The position numbers were made by a program, and so were the translations under genes. Positions 55,180 to 64,000 of a stretch of 64,000 nucleotides of DNA are shown one piece after another. Numbering within the stretch: the stretch's first letter is position 1; each line of letters begins with the position of its first letter. The notes beneath the pieces are model-generated. The model ran no database searches, was not told the origin of the DNA, and worked only from the letters and a program-made list of their open reading frames with translations. Source of the stretch: Thermoanaerobaculia bacterium (GTDB lineage: Bacteria; Acidobacteriota; Thermoanaerobaculia; Gp7-AA8); assembly GCA_035525215.1 (NCBI GenBank), contig DATLEY010000161.1:8483-72482 (forward strand). The letters are read 5' to 3'.

Positions 55180-56705
55180 CGCAAAAGCTCCCGCGGTTGC
55201 ACCACCACCGGATCCGTTCCCCGGAGCGATTGGGGAATCTCCCCTGCCGCTGCCTGGGCCGCCTCACGCGTTGCGTATCGTCCCCAGAATACACGGAAAC
55301 ATGGCTCGCCTCGGAACTGGATCGGAACGAACCAGACCCGCTCCCCTTCCGCGATCGCTTTGGTGACGGAAGCGGTCTGACAGACGATCTCGAACTGCAG
55401 AGTGTAGGCGACCGTGCGGTTCTCCTGCGCGTACTCCCGCGCCATTGCGAAGTACCGCTCACGAAGCGGGTCCACGGGAGGAACGTCGGCGTCCGGCTCA
55501 GGCGCTGGCGCGATCTCCGCCGGGGTCGTGACCGTCTCTGCGGTCGCGGTTGCCTCCACCGGCGCATCGCTCTCAGCAAGCTGGGAGGCTTCGAGTCCGA
55601 ACTCGCTTTCCGGCGCGGGAACCGGGAGGGCCTCGGCCGGCGTGGTGATTGCGGGCGCGGCTTCGGGGTCCAGCGCTCCGGTGGAGGCCCACCAACGGTA
55701 TCCGAAGAATGATCCGGCAAGCAGCACGACCGCGAGAAGGCCCAGAAAGAGCAACGAGTTTCGGCCGGCCCTTCGGCCTACCTCCGCGTCGTCGGGGGGG
55801 ATGACGGCGGGCTCGATCTCCAATTCCCGATCGAGAGGGGCGTCCGCCTCCGAGAAGGTTTCGAATGGCTCCGGATCGAGCTCCGCCAGCGCGAAGGAAT
55901 CAGGGCCCGCCGGCTGAGAGCTCAGAGGATCCGATAGAAACGGCCCTTCCGCCGAGAGCAGCGGATCGTCTGGCGAGAGGGGCAAAACCTCAGGTGTCAC
56001 TTTAACATTTGGTCGTTCAATGAGTCCCAGGATCTCCAGAGCGACGAGCAGTTTGTAGACGGCGAACGAATCGAGTCCGGTGCGTTCCGCGATCTCGGAG
56101 GCCGTGCGCTCTCCGTCGATCTGCGACGTAATGGCGTCCGCGTCCTCGTTCAAAGCGAGCCCTGCATAGCGATCGGAGAAGCGGTCGGTCCGACTGAATG
56201 TGACCTCCCCCGCCTGAATGGCCGCCTCGACCCCGCTTCGATCCGGCTCGGTGACGATGAGCTCCAGAATCAGCTGCGGAAGGTAAAAAGGGATCCCCTC
56301 TTCGCGCTTCGGGAGATAGTCCTGCACGACCTGGAAGGATCCCTCGCGCCAGGCGCGGACGGAGCGGATGATCCCGACGGCCTGAAGCCGTCGTGCGGAG
56401 GTCAGCTCTGTCTTCGAGACGAAGCCGAGGGTCAGAAGAGCGTCGCCCAGAGTCTCGTTCTCTCTTCGTTTTCCCAAGGCTTCGCGGATGTGGTCGCGAT
56501 TGATCTTTCCAGCCCGCAGAAGGATTTCGTCCACACTGTCGGTCCGGTCGTTGGTGCTCGCCGAGAGAACGTCCCCTCCCTTGAAGTAGAGGATCTTGAT
56601 GATTCCGTCGTGCTCGAAGCGGATCGCGCCCGTAAAGCGCTCTTCAGCGAGCTCCATGAGATGCGCGATCAGATCGATACTCTTGAGTTCTCCCTCGAGC
56701 TTCAT
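55176..56705 (-). CDS. DUF4388 (PATAN-like) N-terminal domain / TM / C-terminal SPOR-domain protein
   Basis: N-terminal IDLIAHLMELAEERFTGAIRFEHDG… is DUF4388-like. A Pro/Ala-rich linker includes a TM helix (LLAVVLLAGSFFGY). The C-terminal FRVFWGRYATREAAQAAAGEIP is SPOR-like. Confidence 0.55.
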   Translation of the reverse strand: MKLEGELKSIDLIAHLMELAEERFTGAIRFEHDGIIKILYFKGGDVLSASTNDRTDSVDEILLRAGKINRDHIREALGKRRENETLGDALLTLGFVSKTELTSARRLQAVGIIRSVRAWREGSFQVVQDYLPKREEGIPFYLPQLILELIVTEPDRSGVEAAIQAGEVTFSRTDRFSDRYAGLALNEDADAITSQIDGERTASEIAERTGLDSFAVYKLLVALEILGLIERPNVKVTPEVLPLSPDDPLLSAEGPFLSDPLSSQPAGPDSFALAELDPEPFETFSEADAPLDRELEIEPAVIPPDDAEVGRRAGRNSLLFLGLLAVVLLAGSFFGYRWWASTGALDPEAAPAITTPAEALPVPAPESEFGLEASQLAESDAPVEATATAETVTTPAEIAPAPEPDADVPPVDPLRERYFAMAREYAQENRTVAYTLQFEIVCQTASVTKAIAEGERVWFVPIQFRGEPCFRVFWGRYATREAAQAAAGEIPQSLRGTDPVVVQPRELLR

Positions 56706-56780
56706 CAGAGCTGCCCGTCCTCTTCTTCGGGATGATTGAACACCATTGGTGCGCCGGCCAACACTCCGGTTGCGCCCATC

Positions 56781-58628
56781 TCAGGCCGACGCATGAAGCT
56801 GCTCGTAAACCGTCTTGCCGACTTTGGGCCCGAGCACCTGGGCGAGATCGAGCTCGGAGGCCTGACGCACCGCCGAGAGGCTTCCGAAGTGCTCGAGCAG
56901 AAGTTTCCGCCGCTTGGTGCCGATCCCGGCGAGCAGATCGAGCTCGCTCGTCAGCGTGCGACGTGCGCGCCTCCGGCGATGGGAGGATACCGCAAAGCGG
57001 TGCGTCTCATCCCGGATCATCTGCAGCAATTGGAGAGCGGGATTCCGTCTCTCCAGCCGGATCACTTCATCCAGACCCGGCAGGTAGATCTCCTCTTCCT
57101 GTTTCGCGAGACCCGCAATGGCCTGATTCTCGACGCCGAGTCTGCGGAGCGACGAGAGAGCAGCATTGAGCTGGCCTCTCCCCCCGTCGATCAGGATGAG
57201 ATCGGGCATTTCTCTCCCATCCTCCAGAATCCGTTTGTAACGTCGTTCCACGGCCTCCGCCATGGATCTGAAGTCGTCCGCACTTTCCACTGACCGGATA
57301 TTGAAGATCCTGTAGTTGGCCTTGTCGAACTTTCCGCGATCGAAAGCGACCATCCCCGCCACCGAATCAGTCCCCTGAATGTTCGAGATGTCGAACGACT
57401 CGATGGTGCGCACTTCCTCCCCCTCGAACCCGACGATCTCGCCGAGTCGCGCGGCCGCGATCTGGAGACGGTCCTGGGAAGACTTCCGGAAACGCGACTC
57501 GTGGGCGAGCCGTGCATTCCGGTTCGCGAGCTCGAGGCGGTCGATCCCCTTCCCTCTCCGGGGAACCCTCAACGCGACTTTTCTCTCTCTCTGCGAGCTC
57601 AGCCAGCTCTCCACGAGCGACTGATCCTCGATAGCGAAGGGAAGGTGGATCTCCGCCGGAATGAAGAGGTTGTCCTGGTAGTAGCGCTGCAGCACTTCGC
57701 CCAGAAAGAAAGACGGTTGATATTCGTCAACCTTCTCCCAGAAGAGCTCACGCCGGTCGACCAGATTTCCCTGGCGAAGGATGAAGAGCTGGATGGCGAC
57801 GTGGCCTCCCTCTTCATGAAGGCCCCAGACGTCCACTTCGTCGATCCCTGCCGAGGCGACCTGCTGTTCGGACTGAATCCGCTCGGTCGTCCGGATGAGA
57901 TCCCGATAATAGGACGCCAGCTCGAATCGCTGATCCTCGGCGGCGCGGTACATTTTCTCCTTGAGCCGGTCGAGCAGCTCGCGACGTTTGCCTCCGAGAA
58001 AGAGAACCACGTCGTCGACCATCTCACGGTACGCCTCGTCGGAGGTGAGTCCCGCGACGCAGGGACCCAGGCACTGATGCATGTCGTAGTAGAGGCATGG
58101 CCGCGCCAGGGCGCTCTTGCCCGACGTGATCTCCAGGTCGCAGCTCCGCAGCTTGAACTGATCGGCCACCAGCTTGAGAATCCGCCGCGCAGTCCCCGCG
58201 AAGAACGGACCGAAGTACAGATCCCCCTTCTTGCGGTTCACCTTTCGAGTGAAGACCACGCGCGGGTAGTCCTCCGACATCGTCACCTTGATGTAGGGGT
58301 ACGTCTTGTCGTCGCGCAACAGCACGTTGTAGCGCGGCTGATGGGTCTTGATGAGATTGTTCTCGAGCAGGATCGCTTCGAGCTCGTTGTTCGTCTCGAC
58401 GAAATCGATCGAGTCGATCTCGCTGATGAGAGCTACGGTCTTGGAATCTCGGGCTCCACGTCCCACGAGATAGGAGGACACACGACTCCTGAGATTCCTC
58501 GCCTTGCCGACGTACGCCACCTCCCCGCGATCGTTGCGGTGAAGATAGACCCCCGGCCTCTCCGGCAGTTCCTTCAGCCGGCTCTTGAGGCGCGTCAGAC
58601 GCTGGTCGAACGTCTCGGGCGGGAGCAC
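56781..58628 (-). CDS. uvrC: Excinuclease ABC subunit C
   Basis: GIY-YIG N-terminus (PGVYLHRNDRGEVAYVGKA), UvrBC-interaction region, RNase H-like and HhH domains. 615 aa. Confidence 0.9.
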   Translation of the reverse strand: MLPPETFDQRLTRLKSRLKELPERPGVYLHRNDRGEVAYVGKARNLRSRVSSYLVGRGARDSKTVALISEIDSIDFVETNNELEAILLENNLIKTHQPRYNVLLRDDKTYPYIKVTMSEDYPRVVFTRKVNRKKGDLYFGPFFAGTARRILKLVADQFKLRSCDLEITSGKSALARPCLYYDMHQCLGPCVAGLTSDEAYREMVDDVVLFLGGKRRELLDRLKEKMYRAAEDQRFELASYYRDLIRTTERIQSEQQVASAGIDEVDVWGLHEEGGHVAIQLFILRQGNLVDRRELFWEKVDEYQPSFFLGEVLQRYYQDNLFIPAEIHLPFAIEDQSLVESWLSSQRERKVALRVPRRGKGIDRLELANRNARLAHESRFRKSSQDRLQIAAARLGEIVGFEGEEVRTIESFDISNIQGTDSVAGMVAFDRGKFDKANYRIFNIRSVESADDFRSMAEAVERRYKRILEDGREMPDLILIDGGRGQLNAALSSLRRLGVENQAIAGLAKQEEEIYLPGLDEVIRLERRNPALQLLQMIRDETHRFAVSSHRRRRARRTLTSELDLLAGIGTKRRKLLLEHFGSLSAVRQASELDLAQVLGPKVGKTVYEQLHASA

Positions 58629-58770
58629 GCGCGCAACAACGCCCGTTCACGTTGAAAAGTTTCCCCTCGCGGACGGCCCTGGCTCACTTCACGGGAAGAG
58701 CCAGCAGGTAGGTGGGCTCGAGCCGATCCGATGGCCAGATCGCTCCATCCGTGAAGCTCCGGACGTCACG

Positions 58771-58808
58771 AAAAGAAAATGGAACGGACCGCTCGCGCGA
58801 CCCGTTCC
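58771..58808 (-). terminator. Rho-independent terminator of the M1 peptidase gene
   Basis: Minus-strand GGAACGG-(14 nt)-CCGTTCC stem followed by ATTTTCTTTTCG. Lies 25-60 nt past the stop. Confidence 0.5.
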
Positions 58809-58831
58809 TCGGTTCGAAGTGAAGCAGGGGG

Positions 58832-60856
58832 TCAGTTCATCTCGGGAAGCTCGGTCCCCCAGAAATACCGGTCCATGTAGGGCTGGTAGTCCTTCTTGGT
58901 GATGAACTGAAGAAGACCGGCGACGTCCTGGGACGTGCCGAACTTGAAGTTGAAGCTCTTCTGATACGACTTCAGGAAGGAGAGGAACGCGGTGTCACCC
59001 ATCTCCTCGTGAAGATGGGCGAGCAGGTAGGCGCCCTTGAAGTAGACCAGCGAGGTACGCTCCCGGTTCTGGAGGATTCTGTCGCCCGGGATGCGAACCC
59101 GGTTGGCCATCGGAATCGGCGCGGAGGCCGTGGCTCGCCTGGAGCGGCTTTCCCAGTCCCGAAGCATCTGCTTGTAGACCCGCTCCCCCTTCAGCTTTTT
59201 CAGGAAGAGAGCGGCGCAGTACTCGGCGAAGGACTCGGTGAGCCACTGCTCCTCACCGGAAGGCATCTTGACGACGTGGCCCCAGTACTGATGGGCGATC
59301 TCGTGCGCGAATCGCTCGTTGATCCCCTGGGAGAAGAGCTGGTTGAGCTCTCCCATCGTGGGGTTGAATGCTTCATTCGTGATGAACATCGTCCCCGGGG
59401 GCGCCTGACCGAAGCCGTACGAGTCGATCTGGAGGATGTTCAGCTCGGAGAATGGGAACGGCCCGAGGAACCAGTCGTAATACTCCATGACGCCGAAGGC
59501 GAGGTCGGAGAGCTGCTTGATGGCGCGCTTGTTCTTCAGGGCGTAGGTGGCCACCCGGACCGTGACTCCCCCGCGGGTCTCTTCTTCATAGTGGTACTTC
59601 CCCGCATGAACGACCGCGAACTGCACCGGCTTGTCGATCACGTTCTCGATGACGTTGTAATCCCCTTCCTCTTCCCGACGGATCGTCTTGCCTGGAGCGA
59701 AGGCGATGTACGGTTTCTTCACCTTCACGACTGAATGGAGCGTGTAGTACTGACCATTCAGGTCCGGCATCGGGAACCAGGGCTCGACGCCGAGCTGCCA
59801 GAAGCTGCCGCCCTGCGGCCTGATCAGGAAATCGCCATCGATCGCGAATGTCAGCTTGGTCGACGCCCCAGCCGCGAGCGGCCGCGGGAGCCCGACGATC
59901 AGAGAACCCTCCCGATGTTCGAACGAGAGCTCCTTTCCTGCTTCGTCCTTCACAGACCTGACGTTGTACTTCCGCTGCCGGACCTTGTCGTCGAATCGTT
60001 CAGAGTAGAGATCCAGCCGCACCGTGGAGAGGCCCCCGACGTTGGCGGTGATGGTCTCCGTGACGGTCAAGTTGGCGTCATCCCCCTCGGAAGCGATGAG
60101 CGTGTAGTCGACGTGCGTCAGCAGGAACGGAGCGACTGGGGGCTGCTTCGCCGATCGGCCGATCGGCTGCTCGGACAGAGGAATCGGCACCAGGCGGTTC
60201 CTGATGTCTCGAACGGTTCCGCCAGCCCTCTCGAGCGTGTAGAAACTCTCCTGATGATCCTCGGCCTGATCGTACTCGTAGGCCACCGTTTCCTTCCCGC
60301 CGGTCATCTCGGCCCGGATGAATTTCCCAGCGCCCGAGTTCAACTCCCGCTGAACGATCCGGTGGGTGACCGGAGCTCCCCACTCTCGGGAGAAATTCTC
60401 GCGGTGCGCGGCGAACTCCTTTTCCATGGAGACTGACCCCGCGGTACCAGCCAGATCCGGCATCGGAGCGCCGAGCCACCAGACCAGGATTTCATTGAAG
60501 GAGTCCTGAATCCGCGTCGCTCCCCCGCTGCTGTCTCCGGAAAGCTTCGTCGCGCGCTTCAGGTTGGACGCGAGCACCGGCTGTTCCACCGGCTCGGACG
60601 AGGTGTACGCGAAGCTGCCGTTTCCTTTGAAAAAGAAGCCGGCCGCCTGATCTCCGACCATGATCAGAGCCGCGTTCCCTGACGTGAGGCTCAGATCGAT
60701 ACTTTCATGCTTGATGGTCACGTTGCTGACCGCTGTCGTCTCGGGTGCAAGGCGGGCCGACGCGAAGGCTTCGATGAGCCCTGCCACGGTCGCGCCGGAA
60801 GCGTGGGTCGCCAGCAGCAGCAGCGCCGCTCCCAGCCAGTAGGTTCTGGTTTTCAT
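58832..60856 (-). CDS. Secreted M1-family (aminopeptidase N-like) zinc metallopeptidase
   Basis: Signal peptide. The HEIAHQYWG…E(x18)E gluzincin motif is present. 674 aa. Confidence 0.7.
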   Translation of the reverse strand: MKTRTYWLGAALLLLATHASGATVAGLIEAFASARLAPETTAVSNVTIKHESIDLSLTSGNAALIMVGDQAAGFFFKGNGSFAYTSSEPVEQPVLASNLKRATKLSGDSSGGATRIQDSFNEILVWWLGAPMPDLAGTAGSVSMEKEFAAHRENFSREWGAPVTHRIVQRELNSGAGKFIRAEMTGGKETVAYEYDQAEDHQESFYTLERAGGTVRDIRNRLVPIPLSEQPIGRSAKQPPVAPFLLTHVDYTLIASEGDDANLTVTETITANVGGLSTVRLDLYSERFDDKVRQRKYNVRSVKDEAGKELSFEHREGSLIVGLPRPLAAGASTKLTFAIDGDFLIRPQGGSFWQLGVEPWFPMPDLNGQYYTLHSVVKVKKPYIAFAPGKTIRREEEGDYNVIENVIDKPVQFAVVHAGKYHYEEETRGGVTVRVATYALKNKRAIKQLSDLAFGVMEYYDWFLGPFPFSELNILQIDSYGFGQAPPGTMFITNEAFNPTMGELNQLFSQGINERFAHEIAHQYWGHVVKMPSGEEQWLTESFAEYCAALFLKKLKGERVYKQMLRDWESRSRRATASAPIPMANRVRIPGDRILQNRERTSLVYFKGAYLLAHLHEEMGDTAFLSFLKSYQKSFNFKFGTSQDVAGLLQFITKKDYQPYMDRYFWGTELPEMN

Positions 60857-61080
60857 TCAAGCCTCCCTGTGATGGTTGGAGCCGGACCAGGCTCGTTTGA
60901 TTGCAGACAACCATTTCGCAACGGATACGTTCCAGCACTCTACAATTTTTTTCAGGACCGTGAACGATTTTCGACTCCTGCTCGCGCGCCGTCATCTCCG
61001 CTCCACCGGCGCCGGCGACGTTGCCGCACCACCCTTGCCAGCTGGCAGACAGCCCCGCGTCATTGGCGAAGCGAGAAAGC

Positions 61081-62772
61081 TCAGAGAATCCCATCCCGGG
61101 CCGCCTGAGCGACGGCCGCCGCGCGCGAGGGCTGATCCAGTTTTCCAAGGATGTTGGCGACGTGGCGGTGGATGGTGTGCTCGCTCAGCTTGAGAGAACT
61201 GGCCACCTGTTTGTCGCTCATCCCGTCAGCGACCAATCGCAGCACGTCGACTTCCCTTCGCGTGAGAATGGAGAGTCGGGGCGAGCGCGCTTCGACGAGC
61301 TGGGCAGGAGGCTTCGCAAGCGAGTCGCGCACGGCTCGGGCTCGGACAGCCTCGCCCGCGGCGCCGAGCCGCTCGAAGGCGCTCACGGCCGCGTCGATTT
61401 CCTGCCGGGCGAAGCCTGAGCGTCCCAGCGCGTGCAGAACGGTGGCGAGATCGACGCGAACGCGAGCCGCTTCCCACGGGGCTCCACATCGTTCGAAGAG
61501 GTCGAGGGCGTCCTCGAGATGATGCCGAGCCTCCTCCAGGGCATTGCGATCGCGAGCCAGCAGAGCGCGGGCGAGAACGGAGACCGCGCGTATGGCTGGA
61601 GTTCCCATTCTCTGCGAGATTCCCTCGAGCTGCACCATTGCATCATTCGCATCGCGCGCGCTCCCGTTGGCCAGAGACGCGGCGACGAGCAGCTCGAGTC
61701 CCCACGCGCGCTCGACCCACTTTTCCGCGAGCGCTCTTCGACGGAGACGTTCCAGCAGAAATGCGGCGTGAGACGGATCTCCTTCATCGAGGGCGATGGC
61801 CGCCTGTCCCAACAGCGCCATCGTGCGCGGCTCGGTCTCCCTGAAGAGAGCCTTCGCTTCGTCGATCCTCCCCTGCCGTCTCCGCAGCTCGCCGAGTTGA
61901 AGCCGCGCCTCGGGAGCAAGGAGCGGCCGCTTCGCCTCGAGAGCTGCGTGGGAGCTTCCCAGAAGTTTCTCGGCTTCCGCCCATTCTCCTCGTCCAATCA
62001 GAAGCGCGGCCCGCTCGGTTTCGCAGAGGGCGAAGATCGAGCCCATCCGCCACCGCCGCGCGAAGGTCTCGATGCGATCGGACCATGCGCTGAGCCGTTC
62101 GTAATCCCGGACGCGCTCGCAAGCATGAATCAGGAAGCAGGAAGTCGCGACGACCGAATCGATGTGCTCCATCTCTCCTGCGAGCGCCGCCGCGGCGGCT
62201 TCGTCGATTCGTCGCATTCCTTCGTCGATCTCTCCCTCGGTGACCTGGATCAACCCTTCGAGTGCAAGAGCCAGCATCTCAAGCTCGACGTCGCCCAGCC
62301 TTCTGGCGGTCTCGCCAGCCTGGATCGCAAGCGACCGGGCTCTCGAGTGATCCTGTTCGATCGCCCGCGCCAGGTGTCCCTCCCAGAGGTGAAGCCAGCC
62401 GTGCTCCGGTCCTTCGTCCAGCGGCTCGAGCAGTCTCCGCGCGCGCTGCAGCCAGCCGGCGGTGACCGCGAGCCCGCGGAAATCCGCGTAGTCGAGGGCC
62501 AGGAAGATGGCAACCCGCGCTGCGTCGCGATCACGACCGCTGGCCCGGTAGAGGCGGTAGGCCTCTTCGCGCGTCTCGAAAGACGCCTCGGCTTCGTCCA
62601 GCCAGTAAAGCGCCCAACCGAGTCCCTCGCGCGCCTCGGCCGATTCCGCCTCGGCGGCTGCGATCTGCGCGAAGATCTCGCGCGCCCGCTCCCACTCGGC
62701 AGAGGAGAGCGCCGACCGCCCTTCTTCCAGGGTGGGTCGATCGCCGGGACCAGCAGCGTTCAGGTGCGACAA
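61081..62772 (-). CDS. LuxR-family transcriptional regulator with large N-terminal TPR-like helical domain
   Basis: C-terminal GerE/LuxR HTH (LTRREVDVLRLVADGMSDKQVASSLKLSEHTIHRHVANILGKL). About 480 aa of Ala/Leu/Arg-rich helical repeats. Confidence 0.7.
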   Translation of the reverse strand: MSHLNAAGPGDRPTLEEGRSALSSAEWERAREIFAQIAAAEAESAEAREGLGWALYWLDEAEASFETREEAYRLYRASGRDRDAARVAIFLALDYADFRGLAVTAGWLQRARRLLEPLDEGPEHGWLHLWEGHLARAIEQDHSRARSLAIQAGETARRLGDVELEMLALALEGLIQVTEGEIDEGMRRIDEAAAAALAGEMEHIDSVVATSCFLIHACERVRDYERLSAWSDRIETFARRWRMGSIFALCETERAALLIGRGEWAEAEKLLGSSHAALEAKRPLLAPEARLQLGELRRRQGRIDEAKALFRETEPRTMALLGQAAIALDEGDPSHAAFLLERLRRRALAEKWVERAWGLELLVAASLANGSARDANDAMVQLEGISQRMGTPAIRAVSVLARALLARDRNALEEARHHLEDALDLFERCGAPWEAARVRVDLATVLHALGRSGFARQEIDAAVSAFERLGAAGEAVRARAVRDSLAKPPAQLVEARSPRLSILTRREVDVLRLVADGMSDKQVASSLKLSEHTIHRHVANILGKLDQPSRAAAVAQAARDGIL

Positions 62773-62850
62773 AGAGACCTCCGGTTTCGGGAAGAGATCA
62801 GCTTAACACCGAGACGCGCGGGGAGCGGACTCTGGTAATCCGAAAAAAAA

Positions 62851-64000
62851 TCAGACGAAGATGCGAAGCTCCCTGAGCTCACGGATCCTGTCCCGGATCT
62901 CCGCCGCTTTTTCGAACTCCAGATTTTTCGCGGCCGCCTTCATCTCCTTGTTCAAGCGCGCGATCGTGACCTCGATGTCCTCGTCGGCGACCAGCTCATT
63001 TTTCTTGCGGGAGATGCCGGAAGCGAACGGCTCGAAGTAGTCGAGGTTGGCCATCCGGACCAGATCGGAGTCGATGGCCTTGATGATCGTCGCAGGCTCG
63101 ATCCCGTGCTCGCGGTTGTACTCGGCCTGAATGGTCCGGCGGCGATTGGTCTCATCGATTGCGGTTCTCATGGAGTCCGTGATCCGGTCCGCGTAGAGGA
63201 TTGCAATTCCGTTCACGTTGCGCGCCGCACGGCCGATGGTCTGAATCAGTGAAGTGTTCGACCGGAGGAATCCCTCCTTGTCGGCGTCGAGGATGGCCAC
63301 GCAGGAGCACTCCGGAATATCGAGTCCTTCGCGGAGAAGATTGATCCCGACCAGCACGTCGAAGACTCCCTGGCGGAAGTCCCGGATGATGGCCACGCGC
63401 TCCAGGGTCTCCACGTCCGAGTGGAGATAATTCACCTTGATGCTCAGCTCCATGAGGTATCGGGTTAGATCCTCGGCCATCCTCTTGGTGAGGGTGGTCA
63501 CGAGGACGCGCTCGTTGCGACCCATCCGTTCACGAATCACTCCGATGAGATCGTCGACCTGTCCCTTGACCGGGCGGATGATCACCTCGGGATCGAGCAG
63601 ACCGGTCGGCCTGATCACCTGGTCCGTGAACTCACCCCCGGTTTTTCCGAGCTCGTATGGACCGGGCGTGGCGGATACGTAAATCAGCTGATTCATCTTC
63701 GATTCGAACTCTTCGAAGGAGAGAGGGCGGTTGTCGATCGCGCTGGGAAGGCGGAAGCCATACTCGACCAGCGTCTGCTTTCGCGCCCGGTCCCCTCCCC
63801 ACATCGCCCGGACTTGCGGGATGGTTTGATGCGACTCGTCGACGATCATCAGAAAGTCATCGGGAAAATAGTCGATCAGCGTCGGAGGAGGCTCACCGGG
63901 CGCCCGGCCGCTGAGGTGCCTGCTGTAGTTCTCGATTCCATTGCAGTACCCGAGCTCAGCGAGCATCTCCAGATCGAACAGCGTCCGCTGGCTCAGCCGC
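62851..64000 (-). CDS. uvrB: Excinuclease ABC subunit B, C-terminal ~380 aa; gene continues past the window end
   Basis: Helicase motifs ([10 protein letters not shown], …TIGRAARN…) and the C-terminal UVR domain ([16 protein letters not shown]). The reading frame is open to position 64000. Confidence 0.9.
   Translation of the reverse strand, partial: RLSQRTLFDLEMLAELGYCNGIENYSRHLSGRAPGEPPPTLIDYFPDDFLMIVDESHQTIPQVRAMWGGDRARKQTLVEYGFRLPSAIDNRPLSFEEFESKMNQLIYVSATPGPYELGKTGGEFTDQVIRPTGLLDPEVIIRPVKGQVDDLIGVIRERMGRNERVLVTTLTKRMAEDLTRYLMELSIKVNYLHSDVETLERVAIIRDFRQGVFDVLVGINLLREGLDIPECSCVAILDADKEGFLRSNTSLIQTIGRAARNVNGIAILYADRITDSMRTAIDETNRRRTIQAEYNREHGIEPATIIKAIDSDLVRMANLDYFEPFASGISRKKNELVADEDIEVTIARLNKEMKAAAKNLEFEKAAEIRDRIRELRELRIFV

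Overview
This is a 64-kb high-GC (about 65-68%) bacterial chromosomal window, almost gene-saturated. Nearly every real gene lies on the minus strand in tight, often 4-nt-overlapping operons. Many long ORFs on the track are antisense or alternative-frame artefacts of the GC-rich sequence. The content is housekeeping for a diderm (LPS-making) bacterium; the phylum cannot be assigned from sequence alone.

Genes I can support, by theme:
- LPS and envelope: partial kdsD, a fused lptF-lptG permease, lptB, an LptC/LptA-like fusion, msbA with an inserted domain, lpxB, a DUF374 acyltransferase and vanZ.
- Regulatory PTS: rpoN-hpf-hprK-rapZ, then a DUF2254 membrane protein, then EIIA(Man)-HPr-EI with no permease genes.
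- Chromosome and DNA repair: parAB, scpAB, recJ, priA, recG, uvrC, partial uvrB, a family-4 uracil-DNA glycosylase and a BFN-domain nuclease.
- Translation and core metabolism: rpsA, trpS, rluB, miaB, cmk, gmk, rpoZ, coaBC, accA and pckA.
- Proteases: M48, two M16, M1, SppA and an LD-carboxypeptidase.
- An RNase P RNA gene (rnpB) that the ORF track misses.

There is no CRISPR array, no tRNA or rRNA gene, and no obvious prophage, integrase or defence island.

The most unusual content is non-coding:
- A family of GC-hairpin plus CTGAG-type short-repeat elements at three or more intergenic loci. One copy looks like a MITE (miniature inverted-repeat element). Another is a ~420-bp palindromic repeat array.
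- A ~490-bp nested palindrome with mirror polypurine/polypyrimidine tracts between recG and trpS.

Other observations worth a second look are single-polypeptide LptFG and LptC-LptA fusions, an MsbA with a carboxypeptidase-regulatory-like domain inserted in its first periplasmic loop, a permease-less PTS module with an inserted DUF2254 gene, an orphan nuclease-like ORF of the PD-(D/E)xK type, and a cNMP-binding/FHA fusion protein.
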